The notes beneath the pieces are model-generated. The model had not been told where the DNA came from, did not search any database, and saw only the letters and a program-made list of their open reading frames with translations. From Thermodesulfobacteriota bacterium (GTDB taxonomy: Bacteria > Desulfobacterota > Desulfobacteria > Desulfobacterales > SURF-7), in NCBI GenBank assembly GCA_049320885.1, contig JBMORA010000001.1, positions 32,001-96,000 on the forward strand: a stretch of DNA of 64,000 nucleotides, read 5' to 3'. Within the stretch, counting starts at the first letter, position 1; the number at the start of each line of letters is the position of its first letter. The position numbers and the translations under genes were made by a program. Positions 61,121 through 64,000 of this stretch are shown in pieces.

Positions 61121-62149
61121 ATGGAGTTCATCAAATCCACACCGAAAATCGATTTTGTCGGCATGCGCAAAAAAGCCTATGTCGTTTCCGCCATACTCCT
61201 TTTGGCCAGCATCGCCGCCGTGATCCTCATCGGTCCCCGGTTCGGCGTCGATTTCGTCGGCGGCACCCTGATCCAGATCAAATTTTCGGCCCCGACCAAA
61301 ACCAGCGTCATCAAACAGGGCCTGAAAAGCATTGGTTTGGACGGGGCTGCGGTCCAGAAATTCGGTGAAAGCGATGCTTCCGAGTTCCTGATCCGCACCA
61401 ACCAGCCGGTGGACGCCTCGGAGGAATTCACCGGACAACTCGAGAAAACCCTGGGTGAAAGCACCGGCCAGACAGCCGCCATCCAGCGGATCGAAATGGT
61501 GGGCCCCCAGGTGGGCAAGGATCTGCGGGAAAAAGCGCTCCTGGCTATCTATTACACCATGCTCATGATCACCATTTACATCTCAGGCCGCTTCGAGCTG
61601 AAATGGACCCTCAGCATCATCGTGGCCGGAGTGTTGATCGGCGCGGTTTATCTGTTCTCCCTGTTTCATGTCGGCCTGGTGTTTTTAATCGCCACGGCCC
61701 TGATCGTCACCCTGGTGCTTTTCTGGTTTCTGAGCCTGAAATACGCCATGGGTGCCATCGTGGCCCTGCTCCACGACGTCTTGATCACCGTCGGCATCTT
61801 CTGCATTATGGGCAAGGAATTCACCCTGCCCATCATCGCGGCCCTTTTGACCATCATCGGCTATTCCCTGAACGACACCATCATCGTATATGACCGGATT
61901 CGGGAGAACCTCCGGAAAAACAGCAAAAACACCCTGGACGTCAATATCAACCTGAGCGTCAACGAAACCCTGAGCCGCACCATCCTGACAGGAGGCACCA
62001 CCCTGGTCTCCGTAGTGGCCCTGCTCATTTGGGGCGGCGGCATCATCCATGATTTCGCCTTTGCCATGACCGTCGGCATCCTGGTGGGAACCTATTCCTC
62101 CGTTTTCGTAGCCAGCCCGATCCTGCTGGCCTATCAGGGGCGCCGATGA
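61121..62149 (+). CDS. secF: Protein translocase subunit SecF
   Basis: GVDFVGG, VGPQVG, LLHD, GYSLNDTIIVYDRIRE, GTYSS. Confidence 0.96.
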   Translation: MEFIKSTPKIDFVGMRKKAYVVSAILLLASIAAVILIGPRFGVDFVGGTLIQIKFSAPTKTSVIKQGLKSIGLDGAAVQKFGESDASEFLIRTNQPVDASEEFTGQLEKTLGESTGQTAAIQRIEMVGPQVGKDLREKALLAIYYTMLMITIYISGRFELKWTLSIIVAGVLIGAVYLFSLFHVGLVFLIATALIVTLVLFWFLSLKYAMGAIVALLHDVLITVGIFCIMGKEFTLPIIAALLTIIGYSLNDTIIVYDRIRENLRKNSKNTLDVNINLSVNETLSRTILTGGTTLVSVVALLIWGGGIIHDFAFAMTVGILVGTYSSVFVASPILLAYQGRR

Positions 62150-62194
62150 AACACTGCTGACCTGCAATCCATAGAATGCTGGAAGGGGGAGCGT

Positions 62195-62947
62195 ATGAAA
62201 CATCCGGTGGCGATCCGCTGCGGCATCACGAGATTCTGGAAAGGCTTTTCTGTCGTAACCGCCCTTCTTGTCATGGGGATTCTCCAGGCCTGCGCCACGC
62301 AGCAGCCGGAGGAGAACCAGAGCCTTGCCCGGATGGATCAGCAAATCCGCGAGCTGGAAGACAAAATGGACGAGTCCTATCACCGGCTCTCCGTCATCCA
62401 GTTCATGGTGGACAACCATGAGCGCCAGCTCCGGGAATTGAATCCCTCCTCCAAACCCATGCCCGGGTCTTCCGGACCGGATTCCTCCGGGACCTTCACG
62501 GAAGAAACCATGCCCGCAGGGGACGGACCGGCGACCCCGCCCCCCTCCCCCGCCGCCGGGAACGGCGCCCCGTCCTCGCCCCACATGCTGTATAACAAGG
62601 CCCTTGCTGCCTACAAAAAATCCGATTTTACCGCCGCCGCCGAAGATTTCAACACCTTCATCCTGACCTATCCGCGGCATGAACTGACAGACAACGCCGT
62701 TTACTGGAAAGGGGAGTGTCAATACGCCCAAAAAGATTTTCCGGGCGCCATCACCACCTTCAAGCAGGTCCTGTCCCAGTATCCGGATGGCGGCAAGGTA
62801 CCCGACGCCTTGTTGAAGATCGGTTATTCCTATCTGGCACTCAACGACAAGGAAAATGCGCGCACCTTTCTGAAACAGGCGGTGAAAAACTATCCTTTCA
62901 GTCCGGCAGGCACCAAAGCGGAACAGATGCTGAAAAAAATCCGGTAA
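62195..62947 (+). CDS. cpoB: Tol-Pal system protein YbgF/CpoB
   Basis: Lipobox LQAC, coiled coil, TPRs (NAVYWKGE, KVPDALLKIG). Confidence 0.88.
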   Translation: MKHPVAIRCGITRFWKGFSVVTALLVMGILQACATQQPEENQSLARMDQQIRELEDKMDESYHRLSVIQFMVDNHERQLRELNPSSKPMPGSSGPDSSGTFTEETMPAGDGPATPPPSPAAGNGAPSSPHMLYNKALAAYKKSDFTAAAEDFNTFILTYPRHELTDNAVYWKGECQYAQKDFPGAITTFKQVLSQYPDGGKVPDALLKIGYSYLALNDKENARTFLKQAVKNYPFSPAGTKAEQMLKKIR

Positions 62948-62959
62948 CTGCCACGCGCC

Positions 62960-64000
62960 ATGGATACGCCAGCGGACAAACTTCTGCCGTGGTTCACGCT
63001 CAAGCATACCAGCGGTATCGGCAACCATCTCTTCAAACGCCTGCTGGACCGTTTCGGAACGCCCGAATCCGTCCTCGCGGCGGACAGCGCCGCCCTGGAA
63101 GGGATCGAGGGAGTGTCTTCCCGACTCGTCCGGGAGATCAAGGCACGCAAACTGGCGCCGGAGGTGAAAAAAGATCTTGAACTTGTTCTTGAAAACAAGA
63201 TAAAGATCGTCACCATGTGTGATCCGGGTTATCCGCCCCTGCTGTTGCAGATACCGGATCCGCCGCCTTTCCTGTATGTCCGCGGCTCCCTTGCGGACAT
63301 CGCGGACTGCATTGCGGTGGTGGGATCGCGGAACGCGACCCAGTACGGCCTGACCGCGGCGGAAAGGCTTTGCGAGGATCTCGCCGCCCATCGGCTCGAC
63401 GTCATCAGCGGCATGGCCGTGGGGATCGACACGGCCGCGCATCTGGGCGCACTGAACGGCGGGGGACGGACAGTCGCCGTTTTGGGCAGCGGTCTGGCCA
63501 GAATGTATCCGGCCTCCAATCGTCAGTTGGCGGAGAGAATCGCCCGTCAGGGGGCGGTGGTTTCGGAATTTCCCATGCTGACGGAGCCGGAACCTTTCCA
63601 TTTTCCCCTGCGCAACCGGATCATCAGCGGCATGGCCCTGGGCACCATCGTCGTGGAGGCGACCAAAAACAGCGGTTCGCTGATTACCGCCCGGCTGGCG
63701 GCCGAACAGGGACGGGAAGTGTTCGCCGTCCCCGGAAGCATCCGGTCATTCAAGAGCACGGGGACCCACAGCCTGCTGAAACAAGGCGCCAGGCTCGTTG
63801 AACAGGCCGCGGATGTGCTGGAAGAGATTGCTCATCGGCTTTCCTCCAGTCCCGCAGCCGGAGCGGCCGCGGTCAACCCGCGGGATGGAGGGCCTAAAGG
63901 GCAACCCGCCGACCCGGACCAAAGGCGCGTGCTGGCGGTGCTGTCGCCGTATCCGCAGCATATCGACGTGGTGGCCCAACGGGCGGAAATGTCTCCCGGT
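62960..64000 (+). CDS. dprA: DNA-processing protein DprA (3' truncated; absent from the ORF track)
   Basis: Manual translation from ATG 62960 gives MDTPADKLLPWFTLK..., YPPLLLQIPDPP, AVVGSR, SGMAVGID, FPLRNRIISG, SGSLITA, GREVFAVPG. Confidence 0.93.
   Translation, partial: MDTPADKLLPWFTLKHTSGIGNHLFKRLLDRFGTPESVLAADSAALEGIEGVSSRLVREIKARKLAPEVKKDLELVLENKIKIVTMCDPGYPPLLLQIPDPPPFLYVRGSLADIADCIAVVGSRNATQYGLTAAERLCEDLAAHRLDVISGMAVGIDTAAHLGALNGGGRTVAVLGSGLARMYPASNRQLAERIARQGAVVSEFPMLTEPEPFHFPLRNRIISGMALGTIVVEATKNSGSLITARLAAEQGREVFAVPGSIRSFKSTGTHSLLKQGARLVEQAADVLEEIAHRLSSSPAAGAAAVNPRDGGPKGQPADPDQRRVLAVLSPYPQHIDVVAQRAEMSPG

Overview
This is a GC-rich bacterial chromosome segment. Gene content and protein style suggest an anaerobic deltaproteobacterium (Desulfobacterales-like; this is an inference). 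The flanks are mostly ordinary genes. The left arm has acetoacetate-CoA ligase, a GH13/GH133 debranching fusion, rubrerythrin, a HEAT + HD-GYP pair, class II nrdJ, an MCP, mutY and a hybrid kinase. The right arm has rpoH, a TPR protein, a dGTPase-like protein, mutS, an amidase, crt-paaK-ACT, rpsT, lptE-leuS, rne, yajC-secDF, cpoB and a partial dprA. Between about 20.3 kb and a tRNA-Arg(UCU) at 37292-37368 lies what looks like a decaying genomic island: a probable integrase C-terminal remnant abuts the tRNA 3' end, and there are several gene fragments and AT-richer spacers. Its main cargo is the best candidate for an undescribed system, an approximately 11.7 kb biosynthetic or tailoring cluster with no PKS, NRPS or ACP. 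It encodes two cobalamin-binding radical SAM enzymes, a thioester-reductase/SCP2 fusion, an alpha/beta hydrolase, an EhpF-like truncated adenylating enzyme, a tandem-domain U32 Fe-S enzyme, a class III aminotransferase and an MMPL exporter. I infer it makes an O2-independently hydroxylated, methylated amino-lipid or a similar hydrophobic product. All family calls come from reading motifs by eye; no database searches were run.
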